DNA of 64,000 nucleotides, from the NCBI GenBank assembly GCA_965207455.1, contig CBDBMJ010000001.1:1536001-1600000 (forward strand). The letters are read 5' to 3'. Below the pieces are notes generated by a model. That model saw only the letters and a list, made by a program, of their open reading frames with translations. It ran no database searches and was not told where the DNA came from. Shown here piece after piece: positions 32,637 to 42,142 of this stretch. The position numbers and the translations under genes were made by a program. Within the stretch, counting starts at the first letter, position 1. Each line of letters begins with the position of its first letter. Origin of the DNA: Bdellovibrionota bacterium (GTDB lineage: Bacteria; Bdellovibrionota; UBA1018; CAIPTA01; JAALKR01).

Positions 32637-34715
32637 CTATTTCCCGCCATGAAGAGCTCCCAGCATAATGTTTACGGTAAGTAGCTGAGGTAGGACCTGT
32701 GGCACCATGCTCTCCGGGTGATACACTAAGTATAGGGGCACTCCAAATCGACCATGCTTCGCTAGAGCTTTTGTAATGACAGGATCCCTACTCGTCCAGT
32801 CGGCTAACAGAGTATGGACATTTTCTTTTTTGAATATTTCTTGCACTCTTTTGGACTGGAAGACTAATTTTTCATTCACCTTGCAAGTAAAACACCAGGC
32901 TGCAGTGAAATTTACGAAAATAATCTTTCTCTCCGACTGTAGTTTTTCAACTAACTCTGGAGAAAAGGTTTCCCATGAGATAGCGTTTTTTGCCTGTTTT
33001 GTTTTTGCCAGATCCGTTTTTTGGGGTGGCTCAAATGTTTGGTTCAAGGCCAACCAAAAACTCAAAACTAAGAGCAGTCCCGTAAGTATTATTTGCATTT
33101 TTGATCCAGTATTGATTTTTTTTCCTACCCACAAAGACATCACAAAAAACAATAAACCAAGAAGAGTATAGGCATACTGACCCACAGTTATTTGTTGGGA
33201 AAGAACCCATCCGAGCCAAATACACGCTGCCAGCAGAGGAAAGGCAAGGAATTCTTTTAAATTGTCCATCCATGGTCCTGGTTTGGGCAGGAGACGACCA
33301 GCACTGGGCCAAAGGCTAAATAAAAAATAAGGGAGTGCCATGCCTAGAGCAAGAAAAGTGAAAATAAGAATGGTAACCGATGGAGGTTGGGTGAGAGCCA
33401 CGCCCATGGCAGTACCCATAAAAGGAGCCGTACAGGGTGTGGCCACCACTACGGCAAGAACACCGGTGAAAAAAGAAGTTCTCCATTGAGAACCTTGCAC
33501 ATACTTAGAGCCAAGACCCATGAACTGACCGCTAAAGGAAAAAAAGCCTAAGAGATTTAATCCCATGGCAAAGAAGAGAAACATCAATAGGATTAAAAAT
33601 GGAGGGGATTGGAGTTGGAATCCCCAGCCCAATTGTTCTCCTCCTGCCCGGAGTAGGAGTAGAACAGAAGCAAGCCCAATAAAAGTGGTGAGCACACCTA
33701 GGCTATAGGCCACTCCCTGTGTATACACTGTTTTATGTTCTTCTTTTAAAAATCCCAGCACCTTTAGGGCAAGCACGGGAAACACACAAGGCATAAAGTT
33801 GAGTAGCAATCCGCCCAAAAAGGCAAATAGAAGTATTTTCCAAGACCAAATGGCTTTTTCTTCCACGAAACCTTGTAAGGAGTAAGCAATGACCTCCTTG
33901 GAGTGGCGGGCTACCAATACCCCTTCAAAGGACTTGGGTTTATGTTGCCCTGTCATTTCAAAAGTTAAATGAATAGCATCCTTTGTTTTTTTTATGACAG
34001 GAGGACGGGTGTTTTTTATCATCCCCGGAGTAAGAGGGAAAAACTCAATACTCCAATCGTCTTTTTGATCTTTGTTTTTGTATAGAATGCGCTTGTCCAC
34101 CTCCAAATGAAGGGAGGTGCCACCTTGATGGTATTGGAAGAATTTCTGATCCACGGGTTGGGGCAAGCGTTGGAGAAAATACTCAAAAGAAGGTTGTTTT
34201 TTTTTATCCCATTGGAGAGATTTGTTGCTCACAGGTAGGGTGAGGCTAAGCTTCCCTTCCTCTGGAATACAAATATCTTCGCAAACTAACCATTTTACTT
34301 GGGCGTGAAGGGTGCGACTGCTTGGGGACGCAGAAGAAGAGGGAACACTGATACGAGTAAAAAGAAAAACCTCCTCATGGTAACCAAAGTCCATAAAGGA
34401 GAAACTGGATATACGATTGGGAAGGGGCCAGTGTATTTCTGAGGCTTTAAATCCTTTGGGCAAGATCCATTGTATTCTTGTGGGCAACCCCGAGTCGCCG
34501 GGGTTTTTCCAATAGGTGTGCCACTTGGAACTAATTACTAGGCGTAGAGCAACCCAGGTTTGGGTGCCTGGCTTCCAGTGCGTGTGCTGAGGGATGAGTT
34601 GCGCCTGAAGATGAGGGGTGATTACAGTGTTGGATGCACTATCCGCTGAGTTGGGAAAAATAAAAAGGAAAAAAAATAAATACCAGATCTGTCGTTTATG
34701 GTTATCCACACTCAC
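32637..34715 (-). CDS. dsbD: Thiol:disulfide interchange protein, DsbD family
   Basis: WHTYWKNPGDSG N-domain, LN.MPCVFP and TPCTAP membrane Cys, thioredoxin WCFTC. Confidence 0.92.
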   Translation of the reverse strand: MSVDNHKRQIWYLFFFLFIFPNSADSASNTVITPHLQAQLIPQHTHWKPGTQTWVALRLVISSKWHTYWKNPGDSGLPTRIQWILPKGFKASEIHWPLPNRISSFSFMDFGYHEEVFLFTRISVPSSSASPSSRTLHAQVKWLVCEDICIPEEGKLSLTLPVSNKSLQWDKKKQPSFEYFLQRLPQPVDQKFFQYHQGGTSLHLEVDKRILYKNKDQKDDWSIEFFPLTPGMIKNTRPPVIKKTKDAIHLTFEMTGQHKPKSFEGVLVARHSKEVIAYSLQGFVEEKAIWSWKILLFAFLGGLLLNFMPCVFPVLALKVLGFLKEEHKTVYTQGVAYSLGVLTTFIGLASVLLLLRAGGEQLGWGFQLQSPPFLILLMFLFFAMGLNLLGFFSFSGQFMGLGSKYVQGSQWRTSFFTGVLAVVVATPCTAPFMGTAMGVALTQPPSVTILIFTFLALGMALPYFLFSLWPSAGRLLPKPGPWMDNLKEFLAFPLLAACIWLGWVLSQQITVGQYAYTLLGLLFFVMSLWVGKKINTGSKMQIILTGLLLVLSFWLALNQTFEPPQKTDLAKTKQAKNAISWETFSPELVEKLQSERKIIFVNFTAAWCFTCKVNEKLVFQSKRVQEIFKKENVHTLLADWTSRDPVITKALAKHGRFGVPLYLVYHPESMVPQVLPQLLTVNIMLGALHGGK

Positions 34716-34731
34716 ATGTTATCATTAAGTG

Positions 34732-34926
34732 ATGAAAGCGCCCAACTGTTTTGTTTGCAAGTACTTCTACCTTACATATGAGCTGCCGTTTACAAGAGGT
34801 TGTAGTAAACTGGAATTTAAATCGGCTCTAATACCCTCCCAAGATGTGTATCGAAGTTCTGGAAAGCATTGTCCTGCGTTTGAGAAAAAGAAAAAAAAGG
34901 ATCAGAGGTCTCGCTCAAAGGTCTAG
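34732..34926 (+). CDS. Small 4-Cys protein, possibly metal-binding
   Basis: NCxxC..F..T......GC...FKS...PS..V..SSG..C pattern of a small bacterial family that I recognise; not database-checked. Confidence 0.6.
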   Translation: MKAPNCFVCKYFYLTYELPFTRGCSKLEFKSALIPSQDVYRSSGKHCPAFEKKKKKDQRSRSKV

Positions 34927-36252
34927 CATTTTTTCTGGCGTATAGATACGTAGAATTTGCTTGGTCTGTTCATACCGTCGGAACAGTTCCGTAAAATTTG
35001 CCAGTGGTACAAACTCCACCTTATTGGTTCGGTTTCCTACGCGCACATAAATTTCCGAATCTTTTCTTTTTTCCGCACTCAATCCAGCATATTTAGACAG
35101 AGGACCTCGGCTAAGGGTTTCAATATAATCAACCCCCCTGTCCTTTAGTTTTTTCCTCAAACCAAGTACGTCTGGATTTTCCTCCAGTGGACCTTCGTCG
35201 TATGTGGTGCTGTGAATCTCTAGGCTTAGGTGGTAGGGTTTTCGTTCAGCCACACGCTTTGCCCAAGGGTTGTCCAGTCGTTGATTGAGATGGTGATATA
35301 GGTGATAGTCGTTATAGACAATGTATTTTTCTATATCTGTTGGGATGATGTAGGTACTGTCCGGAGAATTAAAATAGCGCTTTAAGAGTTTTTCCGTAAT
35401 CACGGACTTATAGTGGTAATAAACCATAAGGAACATGTGGTAACGGGAGAGTAAAAAATCCTCAAACGTATAGATGGCTTTACTGGAAAGGGCCAAGTGA
35501 GCAATACCTCTTGTACTATCACTTTCTTTTTCAAAAGTAGTGTGAAAGCTTAGGTTGGAGAGAAGCCAATTGGAATCGTAGTGACCGTAGCTAGCCCCCG
35601 TATAGTAAGAATCCCGTTTAAGGTAATCCATACGATCAGCGTCGATCTCACTGGAGATGATTTGATGGAGGAGCTTTCGGAAATTCACATTATTATCTAT
35701 AAAAAAATTGTCCTGTTCTTTTTGCTCCATGGAAATGGTGGCAGCAATGTGGTGGGGTTCTATTCCAAACCGTTTATGGGAACGCTTCAATACGTCGCTA
35801 AGGGAACTGTCTAAAACAATTTTTAAGGTATAGTCTTCATGGGTGGCCCTGCGGTTTGTTTTTTCACCTAGGCCCAGTGCCTTGGCCTCAGGCATGGCAA
35901 ACTCTGTGGTGTGGGAAAGGGGACCGTGACCCACATCGTGCAGTAGGGCTGAAACCCGAACCAGAAAATAAAATCGCCAAAAGACATCCGTCGATGAAAA
36001 CTCATGGTTGCGGAAAATTTCTTGGAACGCTTTTCCTGCCACACACATGGTGCCAATACTATGGGTGAAGCGGGTGTGGGTGGCACAAGGGTAGGCCAGT
36101 TCCGCAAACCCCAGTTGGTGAATGTGGCGCAAGCGTTGGAAAAAAGGATCCTCTACAACGGCTAGCTCCCAGGGAAGCACTTCAATGGATCCGTGGATTA
36201 CATCACGAATTTCCATTTTTGGCTCTTTGTTATATGGATAGTTTACGTCCAT
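34915..36252 (-). CDS. HD-domain phosphohydrolase (dNTPase/SAMHD1-like)
   Basis: RD.IHG, FQRLR.I.QLG, HTRF.HS.G, LLHD.GHGP.SH, DADRMDYL.RDS; the true start may be ATG 36216. Confidence 0.92.
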   Translation of the reverse strand: MDVNYPYNKEPKMEIRDVIHGSIEVLPWELAVVEDPFFQRLRHIHQLGFAELAYPCATHTRFTHSIGTMCVAGKAFQEIFRNHEFSSTDVFWRFYFLVRVSALLHDVGHGPLSHTTEFAMPEAKALGLGEKTNRRATHEDYTLKIVLDSSLSDVLKRSHKRFGIEPHHIAATISMEQKEQDNFFIDNNVNFRKLLHQIISSEIDADRMDYLKRDSYYTGASYGHYDSNWLLSNLSFHTTFEKESDSTRGIAHLALSSKAIYTFEDFLLSRYHMFLMVYYHYKSVITEKLLKRYFNSPDSTYIIPTDIEKYIVYNDYHLYHHLNQRLDNPWAKRVAERKPYHLSLEIHSTTYDEGPLEENPDVLGLRKKLKDRGVDYIETLSRGPLSKYAGLSAEKRKDSEIYVRVGNRTNKVEFVPLANFTELFRRYEQTKQILRIYTPEKMLDL

Positions 36253-36821
36253 TTTGTTTCCTCTACATGGGCTTGGTGATTGATATAACGGGAAAATACA
36301 AAAAGGGCATCGGCTAGACGATTTAAGTATTGAATCACTAGGGGAGGCACGTCCTCTCCGCTATTCATAAGGAGCACACATTCTCGCTCCGCTTGCCTAC
36401 AAACAGTGCGTGCATGGTGGGCGTGGGCAGCAGCCTCAGTTCCTCCAGGAAGAATAAAAAATCGCAAAGGCTCCAGCTTACTTTCCCATTCGTCTATGGT
36501 GGCTTCCATTTCTGTTATTTCCTTAGGGGAGATGGAAAGTTTTGCCATGGTTTCATTTCCCCAAGGTTCCTTTCCTTCGATGATATTTTTACAAGCCTTG
36601 GGACTGCTCAACCAAGAAGCCAGGGCAAAGAGATCCTGCTGTACTTTTTTCGTCCATGCTTGGAGTTTGGGACAAGTGAGGTGGACATTCACAATACCCA
36701 GCAAGGAATTTAATTGATCCAAGGTGCCGTAGGTTCGCACCCGTGGATGGTCCTTGGAAACCCTAAATCCGTCACAAAGGGAGGTTTTTCCCGTATCGCC
36801 AGAACGTGTATAAATCTTCAT
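36243..36821 (-). CDS. pduO: PduO-type ATP:cob(I)alamin adenosyltransferase
   Basis: KIYTRSGD.G.T, YGT.D.LNS, FILPGG, RTVCR.AER, YLNRL.D.LF. Confidence 0.92.
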   Translation of the reverse strand: MKIYTRSGDTGKTSLCDGFRVSKDHPRVRTYGTLDQLNSLLGIVNVHLTCPKLQAWTKKVQQDLFALASWLSSPKACKNIIEGKEPWGNETMAKLSISPKEITEMEATIDEWESKLEPLRFFILPGGTEAAAHAHHARTVCRQAERECVLLMNSGEDVPPLVIQYLNRLADALFVFSRYINHQAHVEETKWT

Positions 36822-36938
36822 AGCCTCTTTTAACCCAGCACGGCTCTCTCAACAAGGTGAAAAATCCCTGTCGGCTGGGCGCATTATCCGCTTTTCCTCT
36901 GGTGCGCGTGGGAAAACTAGATCCTAAGAAGCTCTTTA

Positions 36939-39197
36939 ATGGAGCCGCTGAAGTGCTATACTAAACCTATGCAGGCGCAGGACTGGACCCATAAAATTCA
37001 TGAATCCATTGCTAAGGAGTACTCCCAGCAGCAGCGCATTTTATCCTTTGACGAATACATGCTTTTTTTAGGGAAGAATCCCCAACAGCAGGTTCGTTCC
37101 AGTGCTCAGTATATTGTGGATATGATGAACTATTTTGGCAGAACCGATGATCGTTTTAATATTTTCGACCAGAAATTTACTGATTCCCGCTTTAAGCTCA
37201 TTGGTTTAGAGGAGGTTCAGCAAAAAATTTATGCCATTCTCCAGAGTTTTATTCGGGAAGGTATGAACAATAAGTTGATTCTTCTCCATGGACCCAATGG
37301 CAGTGCAAAGAGTTCTTTAATCACTTGCCTTATGCGCGGTTTGGAGGAGTATTCCCATAAGCCTCAAGGAGCCCTCTATCGTTTCCATTGGATTTTTCCC
37401 GTGGATAAGTATGGAAAGTCGGCGTTGGGTTTTGGAAAAAATACGGACAGGGAGCAATACAGTTCCAACACCTACGCTAAATTAGAGGGCGACGATATAG
37501 CAGCACGCATTTCCTGTGACCTAAAGGATCACCCCTTGTTTCTCATTCCCCGGGAGGAACGAAAGGATCTTGTGAACTCTCTCCTTGAAAACAAGGAAAA
37601 TGGCAAGGAAGAGAGGTTCCATGTTTCCGAATATATTTTAAAGGGAGACCTTTCCCACAAGTCTCGACTTATTTACGAAGCTCTTCTCCAGAGTTATAAG
37701 GGGGATTACAGTAAGGTTTTAAAACATATACAGGTGGAGCGTTTTTATATTTCCAAGCGCTATCGTCAGGGTGCTGTTACTATTGAGCCTCAACTTCAGG
37801 TGGATGCCAATGCTCAGCAAGTTACCATGGATAAGTCCTTTTCCCAATTGCCTGCCTCGCTCCAGTCCTTAAACCTTGTTAATGTGGGCGGAGATCTGGT
37901 CGACGGAAATCGAGGCATGATAGAATACAACGATATTTTAAAGCGACCCATTGAGGCCTTTAAATATCTCATGGGCACCTGTGAGTCGGGCACTATCAAC
38001 GTGGCAGGAACAACTGTTTTCTTAGACGGTCTTATGATTGGCACCTGTAATGAACTCCAGTTGGATGGGTTTAAAGAGTATCCAGATTTCATGAGTTTTA
38101 AGGCTCGAATGGAGTTGGTGCGAGTTCCCTATTTATTGACTATTCAAGAAGAAAAGGAAATTTATAGCACACAAATATCTCGAGTAGCTGGTGATCACCA
38201 TGTGGCACCCCATACGTTGGAGCTGGCTGCTATTTGGGCCATACTTTGTCGTATGAAAAAACCCAATCCTGGAAATTACCCAGGTAACTTAGCCTATTTA
38301 TTTAACGGTCTTACTCCTTGGAATAAGGCTTGTTTATACAACGGAGAAAAGGTGCCCAGCACTTTTTCAGAGGAAGATAAGAAACTCCTGCGTTCCAACA
38401 TGGACCTTATCCGCCAGGAGTACAGGAATATCCCTTACTATGAGGGTCGCACAGGTCCCAGCCCCCGGGAGATAAAGCTTATTTTGTTTGATGCTTTAGG
38501 CAGAAGTGAAAATAATATTCTCTCCCCCTTGGGTTTATTTTCCGCATTAACCGATTTTGTAAAGCATACCTCTGAGTATGAATTTTTAAGGGAGAGTGCC
38601 ACGGCAGGATACCACGATGCTGTAGCCTTTATTGATAAAATCGAAGATATTTACCTGAACTTGATCGATGATGAAGTCCGCAGCAGCCTGGGCATGTACG
38701 ATGAAAAACAATTTTCCCAATTCCTTGAGAAATACATTAACCACGTCTCCCACTTTTTAAAGAAAGAAAAACTAAGAAACCCAAACACAAACCAAATGGA
38801 ATCTCCCGATGAATCCTTAATGGATGAGTTTGAACGGGTGGTGAATATTTCTGAAAATAAGGGAACTTTTCGAGAAAACATTATCACTCAAATTGGAGTG
38901 TACTCCTTAGAAAATCCAGAAGAAACCCCCAAGACTGGGAACAATTATGTGGAAATATTCCCCGCTCTTGTGAAAAAAATGAGAGATTATTATCAAAACG
39001 AACAGAGCAGTCTCCTGCGAAGCACGCACGAGGCCATGGTGGCGTATGTGGTGGACGGAAAACAACCTCAGACAGGGGATCAAAAAGAGGGAGAGCAGTT
39101 AGCACGTACCTTATTGAAAAATATGGAAGAAAGATTCTCCTATACCCCTGTTTCCGCAAGGGAAGCTTTTAGTTATTTAGTTCAAAAACGCAACTAA
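36939..39197 (+). CDS. prkA: PrkA/YeaG family AAA serine kinase-like protein
   Basis: LLHGPNGSAKS Walker A, GNRG..E..D..KRP, G.SPRE. Confidence 0.85.
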   Translation: MEPLKCYTKPMQAQDWTHKIHESIAKEYSQQQRILSFDEYMLFLGKNPQQQVRSSAQYIVDMMNYFGRTDDRFNIFDQKFTDSRFKLIGLEEVQQKIYAILQSFIREGMNNKLILLHGPNGSAKSSLITCLMRGLEEYSHKPQGALYRFHWIFPVDKYGKSALGFGKNTDREQYSSNTYAKLEGDDIAARISCDLKDHPLFLIPREERKDLVNSLLENKENGKEERFHVSEYILKGDLSHKSRLIYEALLQSYKGDYSKVLKHIQVERFYISKRYRQGAVTIEPQLQVDANAQQVTMDKSFSQLPASLQSLNLVNVGGDLVDGNRGMIEYNDILKRPIEAFKYLMGTCESGTINVAGTTVFLDGLMIGTCNELQLDGFKEYPDFMSFKARMELVRVPYLLTIQEEKEIYSTQISRVAGDHHVAPHTLELAAIWAILCRMKKPNPGNYPGNLAYLFNGLTPWNKACLYNGEKVPSTFSEEDKKLLRSNMDLIRQEYRNIPYYEGRTGPSPREIKLILFDALGRSENNILSPLGLFSALTDFVKHTSEYEFLRESATAGYHDAVAFIDKIEDIYLNLIDDEVRSSLGMYDEKQFSQFLEKYINHVSHFLKKEKLRNPNTNQMESPDESLMDEFERVVNISENKGTFRENIITQIGVYSLENPEETPKTGNNYVEIFPALVKKMRDYYQNEQSSLLRSTHEAMVAYVVDGKQPQTGDQKEGEQLARTLLKNMEERFSYTPVSAREAFSYLVQKRN

Positions 39198-39219
39198 TTA
39201 TGGTAGAGTTCACTTCTGA

Positions 39220-40224
39220 ATGAGTAGAGATTTCGAGATCACAGAAGACACCTTCCTCACAAAATGGGGAGTGGAGCCGTATGACGAAGGCCAACGTCTG
39301 GACCACTTTTTAAAACAAAAATACCGGAAGCTTTCCAGAGAATACCTTAAAAAATTTATACGAGATGGCAGAGTGCAACTCAATTACAAAATCACAAAGC
39401 CCAGTAGGATTTTAAAAAATCAAGACAAGGTATATGTACTCACAGTACGGGGAAAAGAGCCGGAAGTGGATTTAGCCTATACGGTGATCTATGAGGACGA
39501 TACCCTTTTGATAATAAACAAGCCGGGGAATTTGCCTGTGCACCCAACGGGGCGATTTTTTTTCAACACCCTTCTTACCCGTCTACGAATCGTGGGCAAG
39601 AATGAGATTGATCAAGATAAGAAATTTTATATTGTCCACCGACTGGATAGGGAAACTAGCGGCGTTCTTGCCATTGGAAAAACAAAAGAAGGTTGTGCTA
39701 ACTTAGTGGACCAGTTCTTTGAACGTCAGCCGAAAAAAGAATATTTGGCCATCGTGTGCGGACGAATGACAAAGGATGAGTATATCGTAGAGGCTCCTTT
39801 GAGGAAAGACCCCTACGCCAGGATTCGTTTAAAAATGCATACCATAGACGTGGGCTCTTCCAGTTTAGAGGAGATGAACGCACTTCCCGCAAAAACTATC
39901 TTTCGAGTGGAAAAGCGTTTCTCTAACTATACCCTCGTACGAGCCATTCCCCATACAGGCAGGCAACACCAAATTCGTGTGCATCTGGATCATTTGGGCT
40001 ATCCCATTGCAGGAGACAAACTCTATGGAAATAGCAACGAGGAATTGTTCCTACAAAACCGACACACTCCCATGAAAATAGAAGTGGAACCCGGAATTTT
40101 TCTTCACCGCCAGGCCCTCCACGCAACAAAACTCAGTCTCCGTCACCCCAAAACAGATGAATGGATGGAGTTTGAAACCGACATTCCAGAAGACATGGCT
40201 AGCTTTCTCGAAAAAGTAAACTAG
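39220..40224 (+). CDS. RluA/RluD family pseudouridine synthase
   Basis: S4 domain, NKPG..PVHP, HRLDRETSG, TGR.HQIRVH, GDKLYG. Confidence 0.95.
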   Translation: MSRDFEITEDTFLTKWGVEPYDEGQRLDHFLKQKYRKLSREYLKKFIRDGRVQLNYKITKPSRILKNQDKVYVLTVRGKEPEVDLAYTVIYEDDTLLIINKPGNLPVHPTGRFFFNTLLTRLRIVGKNEIDQDKKFYIVHRLDRETSGVLAIGKTKEGCANLVDQFFERQPKKEYLAIVCGRMTKDEYIVEAPLRKDPYARIRLKMHTIDVGSSSLEEMNALPAKTIFRVEKRFSNYTLVRAIPHTGRQHQIRVHLDHLGYPIAGDKLYGNSNEELFLQNRHTPMKIEVEPGIFLHRQALHATKLSLRHPKTDEWMEFETDIPEDMASFLEKVN

Positions 40225-41024
40225 GATCTATTTTTTAAGATATATTGTATTGCTTCAGCAAAACCCCTGCCACCTTCTTTGCTCGTAATAAAAGTGGGTA
40301 GGTGCTGGAGCCGGGGGAGAAAATTTTTAATATTTGCCACGCCAACGGTTTGGGGGAAAAACTCGAAGAGCGGTTCATCGTTGGGAGAATCTCCAAAATA
40401 AATATATTGCTCCTTAACCGCAGAAAAGTCCTCTTGGAATAATTCTTTTAGCAAAAGTTTGCAGCAACTACATTTGTCATGGTCGCCAAACCAGGCGTTT
40501 ACATGAATGGAACTAATTTTTGCACAGGCCCCAGCTTTTTCAAAATGATCCACAATGGCGTTTATTTTATCGTCGCTAAATGGAGGCACATCCTCGCAAA
40601 AATCAATGGCCATATCCACAGCACGGTAGCCCTGATCACTGGCAACACTAAGGTCTGGGTACTTTTGTTTTAGCTCATAGAAAAGCTTCCAAAGGTTGCG
40701 TTGGTTTTTTTTCCGCTCCTCCTCGTCCTGTAGAAACCGTCTTTGTAGAGAGGTGTTGGGCGCGGCGTCGAAATAAAAATAAAAAGCTCCATTTTCCCCA
40801 ATCACCGCATCCACGGGCCACATGCGCACTAAATGATCCACCCAACCAGCGGGTCGCCCTGTGATAGGAATAACACGAAGGCCAGCCTCTTTTGCGTCCC
40901 AAAGAGCACTGTAGGCCTCCTTGGGTATTTTTCCATCGAGGCTGATGGTGTCGTCAATATCAGAAAAAATACCTTTAAGGTTTTTGCAAACGTCAGGACT
41001 TAACTCTTCCATTGGATCAGGCAC
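40221..41024 (-). CDS. HAD-IIB family hydrolase
   Basis: DIDDT, TGR, GDSPND. Confidence 0.9.
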   Translation of the reverse strand: MPDPMEELSPDVCKNLKGIFSDIDDTISLDGKIPKEAYSALWDAKEAGLRVIPITGRPAGWVDHLVRMWPVDAVIGENGAFYFYFDAAPNTSLQRRFLQDEEERKKNQRNLWKLFYELKQKYPDLSVASDQGYRAVDMAIDFCEDVPPFSDDKINAIVDHFEKAGACAKISSIHVNAWFGDHDKCSCCKLLLKELFQEDFSAVKEQYIYFGDSPNDEPLFEFFPQTVGVANIKNFLPRLQHLPTFITSKEGGRGFAEAIQYILKNRS

Positions 41025-41027
41025 AGT

Positions 41028-41780
41028 CTATTCACCCGAAGAAAAACGCACTCCCATGCCAACGGACACATAGGAGGGAAAATTCACTAGCTCAAGACCT
41101 AATTCTGCCACTGCATACATGTATGCACTAAATTCACCAATAGCTCCAAATAAAACCTGAGAGCCAGTGAAATATCGTCCCGACGATAAAAGTATTTTTA
41201 AGGGAAGGGCACCATAGACCTGAATGGGAAAGGGGAGGTAGTGAGCCTCCAGGCGCTTGTAACCAATCGGTGCTACACCAAACTCCATGGAACTATGAGG
41301 CCTGCTGCCATGGTAAATTCCCAAAAAACTCAATCCCACACCAATTTGCCCAACAGTATCTGGCAGAAGACCAAGTACACTCTGGACACCCAACTGAAAG
41401 CTGCGCTCTTTGTTTTCGTGCTCAAAAATAAATTGGCTATTGGTTGTGTCGCTAAATCCGTACTTTAGGCGTACCCCAAAGCTATCGCCCCCAAGACCTG
41501 TAAGGTTTGTTCTGCCCAGAACCCCCAGACTAAACTCATCCTTATTGGCAAGATTCGACGCGTCAAAAAGAGGGCTCGCCCACGCAAGAGGCCACATAAC
41601 AGGCATCATAAAAGTAAAAAGGAGAAGAGTAAGACAAAGGAGGCGACCGCACCCACAGGGGAAACACCCTTCCTTCAGTTCCCTCCACAAAGGGGAGGCA
41701 GATTTTTTTAACCTTCTATCCACTCTGCTAGTGTAATGGAGCATTTCAAAATGGTCAAATGGCACTTTGAAAGGTTCCAA
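41028..41780 (-). CDS. Hypothetical outer-membrane protein (start uncertain, probably about 41610-41650)
   Basis: Hydrophobic leader followed by amphipathic beta-strands ending GMGVRF. Confidence 0.55.
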   Translation of the reverse strand: MEPFKVPFDHFEMLHYTSRVDRRLKKSASPLWRELKEGCFPCGCGRLLCLTLLLFTFMMPVMWPLAWASPLFDASNLANKDEFSLGVLGRTNLTGLGGDSFGVRLKYGFSDTTNSQFIFEHENKERSFQLGVQSVLGLLPDTVGQIGVGLSFLGIYHGSRPHSSMEFGVAPIGYKRLEAHYLPFPIQVYGALPLKILLSSGRYFTGSQVLFGAIGEFSAYMYAVAELGLELVNFPSYVSVGMGVRFSSGE

Positions 41781-41824
41781 GGCAGGAAAAAAGTGCTATG
41801 ATTACTTGAATTTTCCTTCTTTGT

Positions 41825-41901
41825 GGTGCCTGTAGCTCAGTCGGTAGAGCATCGGATTGTGATTCCGAGGGTCGTGGGTTCAAGCCCCATCAGGCACCCC
41901 A
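41825..41901 (+). tRNA. tRNA-His (anticodon GTG)
   Basis: G-1 plus GTGCCTG/CAGGCAC acceptor stem, C73 discriminator, TCGGA-TTGTGAT-TCCGA anticodon arm, GTTCAA T-loop, CCA. Confidence 0.97.
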
Positions 41902-42142
41902 CCTAAATAAAGCGAATTGTAAGAAACTGAGATAATGAAATAAACAAAACAAAAACAAGAGTTTGAGTCGAATAACTGGAAAAGCTCGAGTATCTTAAAT
42001 ACACATGAATACAGTTGAAATAAGCCCAATACATGGGTGCAATGTGATTATTAATAATCATGTCTTAGTAAAAAGGTCGGCTGCATTTTTGCTTGTTAGA
42101 ATCTCCCATTTTTTTTTAGAACAAAACAATAAGGAGGTAATT

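Noticed and set aside
34915..36252. HD dNTPase as an anti-phage defence gene
   Set aside because: It lies in a housekeeping context coupled to pduO, with no defence-island neighbours.
36822..36938. Cobalamin riboswitch upstream of pduO
   Set aside because: Too short, and it lacks the recognisable GGGAA, ACTG and B12-box elements; kept only as an unclassified hairpin finding.
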